NCBI GenBank assembly: GCA_043799545.1
Contig: JAZDNO010000005.1
Location: forward strand, 32,001-96,000
DNA from: Methanobacteriota archaeon
GTDB taxonomy: Archaea; Thermoplasmatota; Thermoplasmata; SG8-5; DAIRED01
DNA length: 64,000 nt
Reading direction: 5' to 3'
Positions 1 to 8,724 of the stretch are shown piece by piece. The number at the start of each line of letters is the position of its first letter. Within the stretch, counting starts at the first letter, position 1. Under the pieces are notes generated by a model. The model ran no database searches. It saw nothing but the letters and a program-made list of their open reading frames with translations, and was not told where the DNA came from. Both the position numbers and the translations under genes were made by a program.

Positions 1-3000
1 CCACATCCTTGAAGCGTGACCACGTCTGCCCGTTGACCGTCGCTGGGTAATTGGACCTGTCGATTTCGGCGCCGGTGCCCGTGGTCAGGCGGACGACGCC
101 TCCCGCGTCTGGAAACCGGTTGTTCTGTGTCATGGTGGCAACTAGGTATTCCGAACCCGAGCCCCAAGCTCCGATGGCGGTTCCCACAGGGAACGTGTAC
201 CTGAGTTGGTTGCCGGAATAGATGCGCCAGCCGCCTATGTTTATCGCAGAGCTTGTGGGGTTGCAGAGTTCGACCCACTCCGGGTTGGGCCTGGCTGCCA
301 GCTCGTTTATTACTATCCTCGATGCGGGCGACGCGACCGTGACGGAAACTTGCGATACTGTGGGCGGCAGCGAGACGCCCGCAGAGTCCTTGAATGCGCA
401 AGTGACGAGGTTTGTCAGAATGGTTCCGGGCGCGACGCCAGCGCCCACCTGTGCAGACAAGGTGACCTGGTAATTCCCCGGCGCGACATTCAGGAAGGAC
501 CAGAAGACGTTTTGGCCCGCGACGGTCGCGGGTGGTGGGGTGGCCGAGACGTACGACATCCCGACAGGCAACGTGTCATTCAGCCAGACGTTCGAGGCCG
601 TGCCGTCGCCGGTATTGTTGTAATATATCGTGAAATCGACGTAATCGCCTGGCGATGGCGTTGACGATAGGGCGACTTTTTTTACGGTTATCGACGGAAG
701 AGGCGCCTGCACGGTCACAGTCCAGCTGTCTGTCGATGTGCCCAGGAACCTCGAGAGCTGGTCGGTGTACTGAAGCTGGACGTTGTTGACGAGGACGGTT
801 CCGCTCGTGACACCAGCATTAACGGTGGCGCTCACGGTGAACGAGTGCGTTCCCGGCACGACATTGTTGAAATACCAGCGGTAAGTCTGACCCGCGAAAG
901 AGGCGTAGGGTACGCTTGAGGCGGAGTAGGTCGTGCCCGCCGGGAGCGTGTCGTTGACCCAAACGTGGCGCGCGTTGCCGTCGCCGGTATTGTTGTAGTA
1001 GATTGTGTAAACAATGGCCCCACCAGGCGGGGCTGTGACCCTGTCGCCCGCCTTGTCCACAGCAATCATCGGCGCGGTCCTGTCGTTGGGCGCCCTGAAG
1101 GTCGGCGAGTCAGATATGTAGTAGTCACCGACGGTGTCGGTGTCCATCGGCATCCCCCAAGTCGCGTTCTTGAAGCGTGCCCAGCTCTGGCCGGCGAGGA
1201 GCGCTCCGTATGTGAAGGAATCGACAGTGGCCCACGTCCCGGCCACTTGAAGGAGTATTGTCGCGCCGCCGTTGGGCAGCTCGTTCCCGTTTCCGTAGAA
1301 CGTGGCGGCATAGTATTCGGTTCCCGAGCCGAACGCCCCCAGGATTGTGTTGGCGGGGAAAACGAACAGGTTCGAGCTCCCCATCCTCAGGCGCCAGCCG
1401 CCTATGTTTATCGGGGATGAAGTCGGGTTGCAGAGCTCTATCCACTCGCCGTTGTTCGGCAAAACCACAATCTCGTTTATCACTACGTTGTCCCCCGCGG
1501 GAGAGCGCGTCTGAGACACGAAGACTGAAGTCGAGAGCGCCCCGTCGCTCACATCCGAGCTTCCGTCTGAATCGCGCATCTCAACCGTCACCGCGGTCTG
1601 CGGTCCCACGAGCCATTGGGGCAACCGCCCCTCGAACCGCCAGAGGTCGTTGCCCACCGGAACATCCGGGTCAGTCTCCCTCCAGGGAATCCGGCCTTGG
1701 CCCGGGTCGTATGCCGCGAGGGAAGTTCCCAGAACAATCCCGCCCCGCCCCGTCACTACCAGGGCGTGGTCGGCTCCCAGCCCGCCTGGTACTCGCGCAC
1801 CGGTCGAAGCGTTTCCGTCTGAGTCAATCCACAGCAGTAGCGAGTCCTCGCCGAGCCTCTCGCGCTCCCTTTCCGTGACTGGTCCGACATAGACGCCGGA
1901 TGATACGTTCGCGAAAGGAGCGGGGAAATCGACTGGCGTGGTTGCGTTCAGCCACAGGTCGGGGCCGTAAGGATATTCGACGAGCCCGTCCCCGTCCTTA
2001 TCGCCGTCCTCCATGGCATCGTTCACGCCGTCGTTGTCGAAATCGAATGGCATGGGGTCCTGTCCGTTGGGCACGCCATCCATGTCGTTGTCGGAAGCGT
2101 TCCAGTCTGGTGCCGGAGCTGGGCTCCCGCCTTCCCTCCTGATGGAGTACCTCGGGAAAGCCGAACCCCCTAGGGCTGTGCCCGAGACCTGCACGAAGAA
2201 CTCGCCGCTGTCCAGCAAGGCTGACGAGACGAGGTCGACGTTCCGGTTCTCCAGCAGCCCGTTACCCAGGGTAGTCGTCACGTCACCAAGCGAATCGGGG
2301 GACTTGGGCACCCCGTTCCAGTCCGCGAAAGCGCCGTCGATGTGCACATCCGTCCAAAGACCGAGGGAAATCGTCGATGGGGCGAGTTTCGAGATGTGCA
2401 CGTCGCCCGCCTCCGCGCGCACGATGCGGCTCAGGGTCAGGCCAGTTGTGTTCGGCAAAACAGCGCCCTGGCCCGCACTGCCAGCAATGGTAATATTTAC
2501 GACTTCGTCTTCCGCTAGGGCCAATGGCAGAGCGAACGTGATACCTAGGATGGCGTTGCTCTGGGACTGCGTGAATGCGAGGGGCTCGATCGCCCCGCCA
2601 GCGCGAATTGCCGCTATCGAAGAGACGGAAGTGGCGTCGGGGGCGTTGCCAATGCGCGTCAGCTCCAATCCCATGATGGAGGAAGCACCGCCAGAAGAAT
2701 GCACCGTCACACGCTGCACCTCGAGCACTCCAGGTTCGGACAAAGACTCCGATTCCGGGCCGCGCTCGAAGGCTTTTGCCACCGCCAGGCCAGGGGACAC
2801 CGGGGACTCGGCCATGTCCTGATAGCCGGAGCCGTCGCTCGTGCAGACCAGCACCAGCGGCGAGGTGGCATTCGAGGGCAGAAACGCCTCGACCTCGACT
2901 TCAGAGTTCGAGACTGCAACGTTCGCCGCCGCGCCCGAGTCGAACCCGAGCCAGTTGGTCCTGTTCTTCGATCGGTCGAAAGCCCTCAGGACGGCGCCCC

Positions 3001-5956
3001 CGTCCCCGCGCCACCCGGAAACGTCAAGCAGATAGTCGGCACCAATAGAACCGATAGAATAACCCGTTAAAGCGTTCCTGTCCGCGTCGATGAATGCATA
3101 CATGGACGCAGTGGAGTTCAGCTCGGGAGTATGCTGGCCGGCAAGGGCGCTCCCTCTCACCGAAGCATAAACGAAGAGCTTCTGGTTTTCATAACCAAGT
3201 TTAATCTGGTCGATTACAACATCGGCGTTCGCAGATGCGGGCGTGAGCGCATTGCGGTACCCGGCGACGTTCTCCCAGTCACCGAAGTATCCGTCCACGG
3301 AAAGCGTCGTGGCCCTGGGCTTTCCGAGGTCCAGCATGGGGGAGAACATCATGAGAGCCACCGCAAGGGCCATGAGCCCGGCCATCCAGTGCCACTGGTT
3401 CCGCTGCTCATCCCTTCTCCGGTAAGGTGCAGGAGCGGTTCCGTTGATGAATCCCGTGCCGTTTATCAGGCCGATGCCGTTGACGAGCCCGGCGCCGTTC
3501 ACAAGGCCCTGGCCGTTCGTGAGGCCGCCCGAATATCCGAGGCCATTGACCAGCCCGTTGACCTTGCCCCGTCCGTTGACAAGACCGTTGATGCGGCCGT
3601 TGGTCCTGCCACGGCCATTGACCAGCCCGTTAATCCTGCCGTTGGTCTTGCCGCGCCCGTTGACCATGCCATTGACTCGGCCATTGGTTCTGCCTCGTGC
3701 CAAACCGTTAACCATTCCGCCCACGGGCTTTCCCCTCTGACCCTGGGGCGTGCTGGAAACGCGAGATTTCGGTTGCTGCCCCGGCATGACTGCGGCCGTG
3801 GCCGGCTCCGTAAGCTCGCTGATTCGCTCGTACGACAGCCTTATCGCTTCATGGAACGACCTGGTGGCTTCGGCGCTCTGACCCCGCTTCTGCAACAGTT
3901 CCCCCCTCTCTTGCCAGAGTCTGTCGTTTTTCGGGTCGTTTTTAAGGGATTCCTCTATGAACCAAAAGCGCGCGTCGAGATTCTCCAGGTCTCTGGACAT
4001 CTCCTCCTCGTCGACCGCCCCCCCGGCGTCGCGCATCTTGGCAATCAATTCCAGAGCTCTGGCCCGGTAATCTGTTTCGCGCTCCGGAGACAGTTCCGCG
4101 GCCTTGTCGAAGCAATGCATGGCTTCGTCCAGTTGCTCCGACGCCATCATGGATACGCCGCGCTGGAACCAGTCGTCGGACGTCTTCGGCTCTTCGCTAT
4201 TGGGCTCGGGCTTCGCTTCGCCGGGCAGTGTCTCTTTCTCTACTTTTTTCGTTACTGGCTTTGTTGTGGCGGTCACTTCGGCTTCCGGGGCGCCCATGCC
4301 GGACCAGCGCTGTATGAAATCCTTTGAAATGCCTCGCCTCTTGGATGACGTATCTTGCCTCGACGTGTCTGGAACCTTCCCGTCCAGCTTCGCCGTGAGC
4401 TTGCTGATGCGGCAATCCAGGCACAGGCTCTCGCCCTCCTTGACACGTTTGCCGCAGACCTCGCAACCGCGCTCTAGCTCATTCTTTGCCAGCACTTCAA
4501 CCAGTCGGCTACTTTCCCGTGTGCGCTCCCTGGCGGCGGGGGCGGTCTTCCCGCCCATGCCGATGGCATATTCCAGGGCTCCGCAGACGTTGCAGTATTC
4601 GCCCTCCCCCTCGTAGCCGTCCCCGCAAGTCTTACAGGTCTTCCCCGCCGGATGGCAAGCCGGGCATGCTGCACCGGCTGCTGTGATGGGCTTACCGCAG
4701 TCTGGACACAATGGTGGGGACGGTTCAGGGATGTTTATTTCCGGGGCGGGTCGGGCTATCTCTGTCTGGCTGAAATCCGCGCCGCAAGCCTGGCACCGGC
4801 TGGCCTTTTCCGAAAGGAAGGCTCCGCAGTCCGGGCAGAGGTATAACTCGACCGGCTCCTCTTCCTTCTCTGCGGGAGCCTTCTCGACGAGCGGCATCTC
4901 GACGCCGTCGTCGGGCTCGAAGACTGCTCCGCAGCTAGGGCATTTGTCCGCGCCTTCCGCAGCCAGCGAGCCGCAACCTGGGCAAATGAAGAGCGACTTT
5001 TTGTCCTTGTACCAGAACCCGTCCACATCCTTGCCAGCATCAGCCCCGGGTTCGGTTTTCTCGATTAGCGGCAGTTCGACCTGCTCATCATCGACGAATT
5101 CAACCCCGCACTTGGGGCACAGCTTCGAGCCGGCGGCGGCAAGCGAGCCGCAACCCGGGCACAGGAACAAGCTCGCACCAGCCTTGTACCAGTGACCGTC
5201 GACGTCCCCTTTGTCCTTGACCTCTGGACCGCTGGTAGTTTGCTGGGTCTCCATCTCCAAAGGCATCTCCACGGCTTCTTCTTCGACGAAATGGGCGCCG
5301 CAGCGCGGGCATCCCTTCGAGCCAGCAGCTGCCAGAGAGCCGCACGACGGGCATAGGAAAAGTTTCGCCTCATCCTTGTACCAGAATCCGTCTTCCGCAT
5401 CCTCTTTCTTGGTTTCCAAAGGAACCAATGGAATGTCCACCGTTTTTTCGTCCGGTTCGAAAACCGCTCCGCACGACGGACATTTTTGCGCATCCGCAGC
5501 CGCAAGAGATCCGCATGATGGACAAAGGAAGAGCTTTGCCTCGTCCTTGTACCAGAATCCGTCATGCGCTTTTTCTTCAATCTTGTCGGGCTCGGTTTCA
5601 AGCGGAAGCTCGACCTCGTCCCCTTCCTCGAAGTGCACGCCGCACTTGGGGCAGCTCGCCGCCCCAGACGATGCCAGGGAACCGCAGGCCGGGCATATGA
5701 AAAGGCTGGATTTTCCACTCGACCACCAGCTATCTGCTTCTTCTTTGGGCTTCTCTGCGCCGATGGCCTCCTTGGCCGCCTTGATGACGTTGTCCGCAAG
5801 CGCCAGGCCCATGCCGCCCACTTGTGCCAGGTCTTCGCGGTTGGCTGCGGCGATGTCGTCCAGAGTCTTGAACCCGGCGCCCTCCAACGCCTTGGCCCTC
5901 GATTTGCCCACGCCGGGCAGGGTTGTGAGCTTCCTTGTGGATTTGTCTTTCGACAT
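1..5956 (-). CDS. Giant multidomain single-pass membrane protein, 3' end beyond the window (HhH, 9 double zinc ribbons, TPR, Asn-Gly repeats, TM helix, Ca-binding DxDxDG, lamin-tail x2, DUF11 x2)
   Basis: Manual translation from ATG 5956 (MSKDKSTRKLTTLPGVGKSRAKALE...) stays open in one frame to base 1. Motifs include CPxCG..CPxCG repeats, VINE..EWIELCNPT (LTD) and YTIYYNNTGDG..VNDTLP (DUF11). Missing from the ORF track because no stop falls in the window. Confidence 0.9.
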   Translation of the reverse strand, partial: MSKDKSTRKLTTLPGVGKSRAKALEGAGFKTLDDIAAANREDLAQVGGMGLALADNVIKAAKEAIGAEKPKEEADSWWSSGKSSLFICPACGSLASSGAASCPKCGVHFEEGDEVELPLETEPDKIEEKAHDGFWYKDEAKLFLCPSCGSLAAADAQKCPSCGAVFEPDEKTVDIPLVPLETKKEDAEDGFWYKDEAKLFLCPSCGSLAAAGSKGCPRCGAHFVEEEAVEMPLEMETQQTTSGPEVKDKGDVDGHWYKAGASLFLCPGCGSLAAAGSKLCPKCGVEFVDDEQVELPLIEKTEPGADAGKDVDGFWYKDKKSLFICPGCGSLAAEGADKCPSCGAVFEPDDGVEMPLVEKAPAEKEEEPVELYLCPDCGAFLSEKASRCQACGADFSQTEIARPAPEINIPEPSPPLCPDCGKPITAAGAACPACHPAGKTCKTCGDGYEGEGEYCNVCGALEYAIGMGGKTAPAARERTRESSRLVEVLAKNELERGCEVCGKRVKEGESLCLDCRISKLTAKLDGKVPDTSRQDTSSKRRGISKDFIQRWSGMGAPEAEVTATTKPVTKKVEKETLPGEAKPEPNSEEPKTSDDWFQRGVSMMASEQLDEAMHCFDKAAELSPERETDYRARALELIAKMRDAGGAVDEEEMSRDLENLDARFWFIEESLKNDPKNDRLWQERGELLQKRGQSAEATRSFHEAIRLSYERISELTEPATAAVMPGQQPKSRVSSTPQGQRGKPVGGMVNGLARGRTNGRVNGMVNGRGKTNGRINGLVNGRGRTNGRINGLVNGRGKVNGLVNGLGYSGGLTNGQGLVNGAGLVNGIGLINGTGFINGTAPAPYRRRDEQRNQWHWMAGLMALAVALMMFSPMLDLGKPRATTLSVDGYFGDWENVAGYRNALTPASANADVVIDQIKLGYENQKLFVYASVRGSALAGQHTPELNSTASMYAFIDADRNALTGYSIGSIGADYLLDVSGWRGDGGAVLRAFDRSKNRTNWLGFDSGAAANVAVSNSEVEVEAFLPSNATSPLVLVCTSDGSGYQDMAESPVSPGLAVAKAFERGPESESLSEPGVLEVQRVTVHSSGGASSIMGLELTRIGNAPDATSVSSIAAIRAGGAIEPLAFTQSQSNAILGITFALPLALAEDEVVNITIAGSAGQGAVLPNTTGLTLSRIVRAEAGDVHISKLAPSTISLGLWTDVHIDGAFADWNGVPKSPDSLGDVTTTLGNGLLENRNVDLVSSALLDSGEFFVQVSGTALGGSAFPRYSIRREGGSPAPAPDWNASDNDMDGVPNGQDPMPFDFDNDGVNDAMEDGDKDGDGLVEYPYGPDLWLNATTPVDFPAPFANVSSGVYVGPVTERERERLGEDSLLLWIDSDGNASTGARVPGGLGADHALVVTGRGGIVLGTSLAAYDPGQGRIPWRETDPDVPVGNDLWRFEGRLPQWLVGPQTAVTVEMRDSDGSSDVSDGALSTSVFVSQTRSPAGDNVVINEIVVLPNNGEWIELCNPTSSPINIGGWRLRMGSSNLFVFPANTILGAFGSGTEYYAATFYGNGNELPNGGATILLQVAGTWATVDSFTYGALLAGQSWARFKNATWGMPMDTDTVGDYYISDSPTFRAPNDRTAPMIAVDKAGDRVTAPPGGAIVYTIYYNNTGDGNARHVWVNDTLPAGTTYSASSVPYASFAGQTYRWYFNNVVPGTHSFTVSATVNAGVTSGTVLVNNVQLQYTDQLSRFLGTSTDSWTVTVQAPLPSITVKKVALSSTPSPGDYVDFTIYYNNTGDGTASNVWLNDTLPVGMSYVSATPPPATVAGQNVFWSFLNVAPGNYQVTLSAQVGAGVAPGTILTNLVTCAFKDSAGVSLPPTVSQVSVTVASPASRIVINELAARPNPEWVELCNPTSSAINIGGWRIYSGNQLRYTFPVGTAIGAWGSGSEYLVATMTQNNRFPDAGGVVRLTTGTGAEIDRSNYPATVNGQTWSRFKDV

Positions 5957-5977
5957 CACCCATTCTATATTGGTCTC

Positions 5978-5985
5978 TATATAAA
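5978..5985 (-). promoter_or_regulatory. Archaeal TATA box of the giant ORF
   Basis: TTTATATA on the minus strand about 22 nt upstream of ATG 5956, in an AT-rich intergenic gap. Confidence 0.6.
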
Positions 5986-6050
5986 CCAATTATAATGGGA
6001 GAAAAGAGATATGACGACATAAAATGGTCATAATGATTACAATATTTTGT

Positions 6051-6680
6051 TCATTGCCAAAAAAGTGTAACGTACGGGTTCAAGCCGAACCGCAACGTCG
6101 TCTGCCTGCCCTTCCCCCCGATTATCACGTAGACCTCCGCGGGATCGCTCTTAATCACCTTTGGCTGGAGACCCAGGACGGAAAGCTTCGAAAGGGTCCC
6201 GTCCAGCAGGCCCTTTCTGCGGTCAAGGTAGGCCTCTCCGGAATTGGACAGCAGCTCGGAAGGGTAGTACCTCACGCTCCGCCCGTCGCGCGAAGTTAGG
6301 GCCAGCCCAAGCTTTCCGAGGTCCCGCAGAACCCTCGAGACCGATTGCCTCGAAGAGCCGAGCTTCAGGGCAAGTCCGTCTTGGGCGAGCCCGGGATTGG
6401 TAATCACCTCTCTCAGCGCGGCCCTCCTATCCTCATTGGCGAGGAAGGCGAAAATCTCGAATTCCTCATCCCTCAGCATCCCGACCGGATAATACGCGGC
6501 GTGGCCCTTGAAATTGCGCGCCGCCAGCAGTTCGGCCTTGGCGAGCTTCCTCAGGTGCCATTTAATCGATGCTGGGGACAGCGACATGGCGCTTGCGATT
6601 TGAGACCTGATGGAGCATGGCCTGTGCGAAAGGAACGAAAGGACTTCCGCGTCGTTCTCCGACATGGCAAGCCCGCGCAT
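6051..6680 (-). CDS. Tandem winged-helix (ArsR/MarR-like) transcriptional regulator; start uncertain
   Basis: Two wHTH-like segments: SQIASAMSLSPASIKWHLRKL and QDGLALKLGSSRQSVSRVLRDL..VRYYP. Confidence 0.75.
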   Translation of the reverse strand: MRGLAMSENDAEVLSFLSHRPCSIRSQIASAMSLSPASIKWHLRKLAKAELLAARNFKGHAAYYPVGMLRDEEFEIFAFLANEDRRAALREVITNPGLAQDGLALKLGSSRQSVSRVLRDLGKLGLALTSRDGRSVRYYPSELLSNSGEAYLDRRKGLLDGTLSKLSVLGLQPKVIKSDPAEVYVIIGGKGRQTTLRFGLNPYVTLFWQ

Positions 6681-6753
6681 CTGGCTCGGACCGCGCGCTC
6701 CGCCCTCTTTCTTCAGCGCTTCAAGCAGGGCCGCCCCGACGCGCTTCGTGCGC

Positions 6754-7629
6754 TCACCCCGCCTTGTACTCAGCCGCTATGTCTTCCAACAAATCCTCCG
6801 GGTCAACGCTCTTAAGGTCCGAATCCCGAACCTCCGCCAGAGCCTTCTCAATCCTGTCCCGGACCTCCTTGGGAAGCAACGGCGAAATCCTTCCGAGCCC
6901 TTCCATGAGCTGGGTGGAAACCCGGTGCTCGTCCCTGACGGGCTCGCCTCCCCGGGCGACCACGATGCCGAGCCCCTTAATTATGCTGTACGGATGCGAC
7001 CGCTCGCTGTGCCTGCTGTTCCTGCACTTGACTATCTTGAACCTGCGCTCGGCGCCTTCGTCCAGCGCCCTGTACCTCAGGTGGATGACGCAATCGGCCA
7101 GATACATCGGGATGACCGTCTCGTTTCCGGTCAGGTCGCTCGCCGACCCGTGCTCCTCCAAGGTCGCCAGTACCGTTCCCACCTTTCGGGTCTCTTTGAG
7201 CATGAAACCGATGAGGTCCCGCTGCTCGTATCGGTCTGCGTTCGCCCAAAGCACGGGCGTGAGCGGGTCGACGACGATTCGGGCGTTCGCCCCCTTCCAA
7301 TCCTCGACGAAGGAGGGCAGCTCCTTCTTGATGAACGTCGCAAAGTCTCGCCCAGAGGCGTCTATGAAAACGAGCTGCTCGCGCTCGATGTATTCGAGGA
7401 TTTCGCCCCACCCCATCTCGATGGCCTCTTTGATTATCTGCTCCTTGTTCTCGTCGAGGCTCACGAAGATGCCTTCCTGTCCCTCCTCCAGTCCCCTGCG
7501 GATGAATTGCGTTGCGAGGGTTGTCTTGCCCGCGCCGGAGGCCCCGATGACGACTGTGGTGGAACTCTCGTTGATGCCGCCGTCGATGAGCGCGTTCAGG
7601 CCGTAGACTCCGCTTCTTATTTTGCGCAT
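6754..7629 (-). CDS. KaiC/RAD55-like single-domain ATPase
   Basis: SGVYGLNALIDGG, Walker A GASGAGKT, Walker B IVVDP, R-finger region VKCRNS. Confidence 0.9.
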   Translation of the reverse strand: MRKIRSGVYGLNALIDGGINESSTTVVIGASGAGKTTLATQFIRRGLEEGQEGIFVSLDENKEQIIKEAIEMGWGEILEYIEREQLVFIDASGRDFATFIKKELPSFVEDWKGANARIVVDPLTPVLWANADRYEQRDLIGFMLKETRKVGTVLATLEEHGSASDLTGNETVIPMYLADCVIHLRYRALDEGAERRFKIVKCRNSRHSERSHPYSIIKGLGIVVARGGEPVRDEHRVSTQLMEGLGRISPLLPKEVRDRIEKALAEVRDSDLKSVDPEDLLEDIAAEYKAG

Positions 7630-7686
7630 CCGCTTTACCAACGCCTAGAGCGTATAATAGGCTTTCGACTGGGGGTGCTAGAAACC

Positions 7687-8595
7687 TTAGTGGCCCCTCT
7701 CCTGCAAACGCTGCCCAGGCAGCAACTGCTCGACTGCGATGCCTTTCATGGCCTCCCCGAGCCCCACGGAGACTTTGACCAGGACCTTCGGGTCGTCGTA
7801 GTGCGTGACAGCCTCGACGATAGCTTTCGCCCGTTTCTTCGGGTCGTTGGACTTGAAGATGCCCGAACCGACAAAGACTCCGTCGCTCCCGAGCTGCATC
7901 ATCAACGCGGCATCGGCGGGGGTCGCAATGCCGCCGGCCGCGAAGTTCACAACTGGCAGCCTCTGAAGTTTAGCGATTTCCTTCACAAGGTCAGCAGGAG
8001 CTTCAATCTTCCGAGCGAAGAGCTCAAGCTCCTTCCCATCCTTGCCTTTCAGCTCCCTGATTGCGCCCATTATCGCGTGCTGGTGCCTGACGGCCTCGAC
8101 CACGTCGCCTGTTCCAGCCTCGCCCTTCGTGCGAATCATGGCGGCGCCTTCGGCTATCCTACGGAGCGCCTCGCCTAGGTCTCGCGCCCCGCAAACGAAC
8201 GGGACTGTGAACTTGGACTTGTCAACATGATGGAACGGATCCGCAATAGTCAAGACTTCCGACTCGTCTATCATGTCAACGCCCATCGATTCCAGAATCT
8301 GGGCCTCGGCGAAGTGGCCGATGCGGACTTTCGCCATCACGGGAATGGTCACGGTGTCCATTATCTCCTGGATTTTCCTCGGGTCCGCCATTCTGGCGAC
8401 TCCGCCAGCTGCGCGAATGTCCGCCGGAACGCGCTCCAGGGCCATGACCGCCACCGCTCCAGCCTTCTCAGCAATCTCCGCCTGCTTTGCGTCGGTGACG
8501 TCCATAATTACGCCCCCCTTCTGCATCTTGGCGAAGCCACGCTTGAGCAGCTCTGTCCCGTGGCGCATCTTCCTTAGGTCCAACTTGACTGGCAT
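7687..8595 (-). CDS. pdxS: Pyridoxal 5'-phosphate synthase lyase subunit
   Basis: [51 protein letters not shown]; start placed at ATG 8595 after GGGTGA. Confidence 0.97.
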   Translation of the reverse strand: MPVKLDLRKMRHGTELLKRGFAKMQKGGVIMDVTDAKQAEIAEKAGAVAVMALERVPADIRAAGGVARMADPRKIQEIMDTVTIPVMAKVRIGHFAEAQILESMGVDMIDESEVLTIADPFHHVDKSKFTVPFVCGARDLGEALRRIAEGAAMIRTKGEAGTGDVVEAVRHQHAIMGAIRELKGKDGKELELFARKIEAPADLVKEIAKLQRLPVVNFAAGGIATPADAALMMQLGSDGVFVGSGIFKSNDPKKRAKAIVEAVTHYDDPKVLVKVSVGLGEAMKGIAVEQLLPGQRLQERGH

Positions 8596-8724
8596 TGCAT
8601 CACCCGCCTGACCCATCGGCGCCAGGTTATTTAACCTTTCCGCGAGGCCTGGAGATGGCATCCATGGGCATTATGGGTGGTGTACGAGCTAAGGGCCGGC
8701 GACCATGTGGCAATCGCTCACATT

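Noticed and set aside
206-5995. Plus-strand track ORFs such as 2013..2822, 3131..4327 and 5211..5984
   Set aside because: They are antisense shadows of the giant minus-strand ORF and have no motifs of their own.
6754-7629. KaiC-like genes as a circadian clock
   Set aside because: They are single-domain, lack the ST phosphosite, and no kaiB or kaiA is present.
6610-8178. 522-aa plus-strand ORF and similar long ORFs opposite real genes (e.g. 17384..18388, 33509..34540, 57085..57837)
   Set aside because: They are antisense to clearly identified genes, as expected in high-GC DNA.
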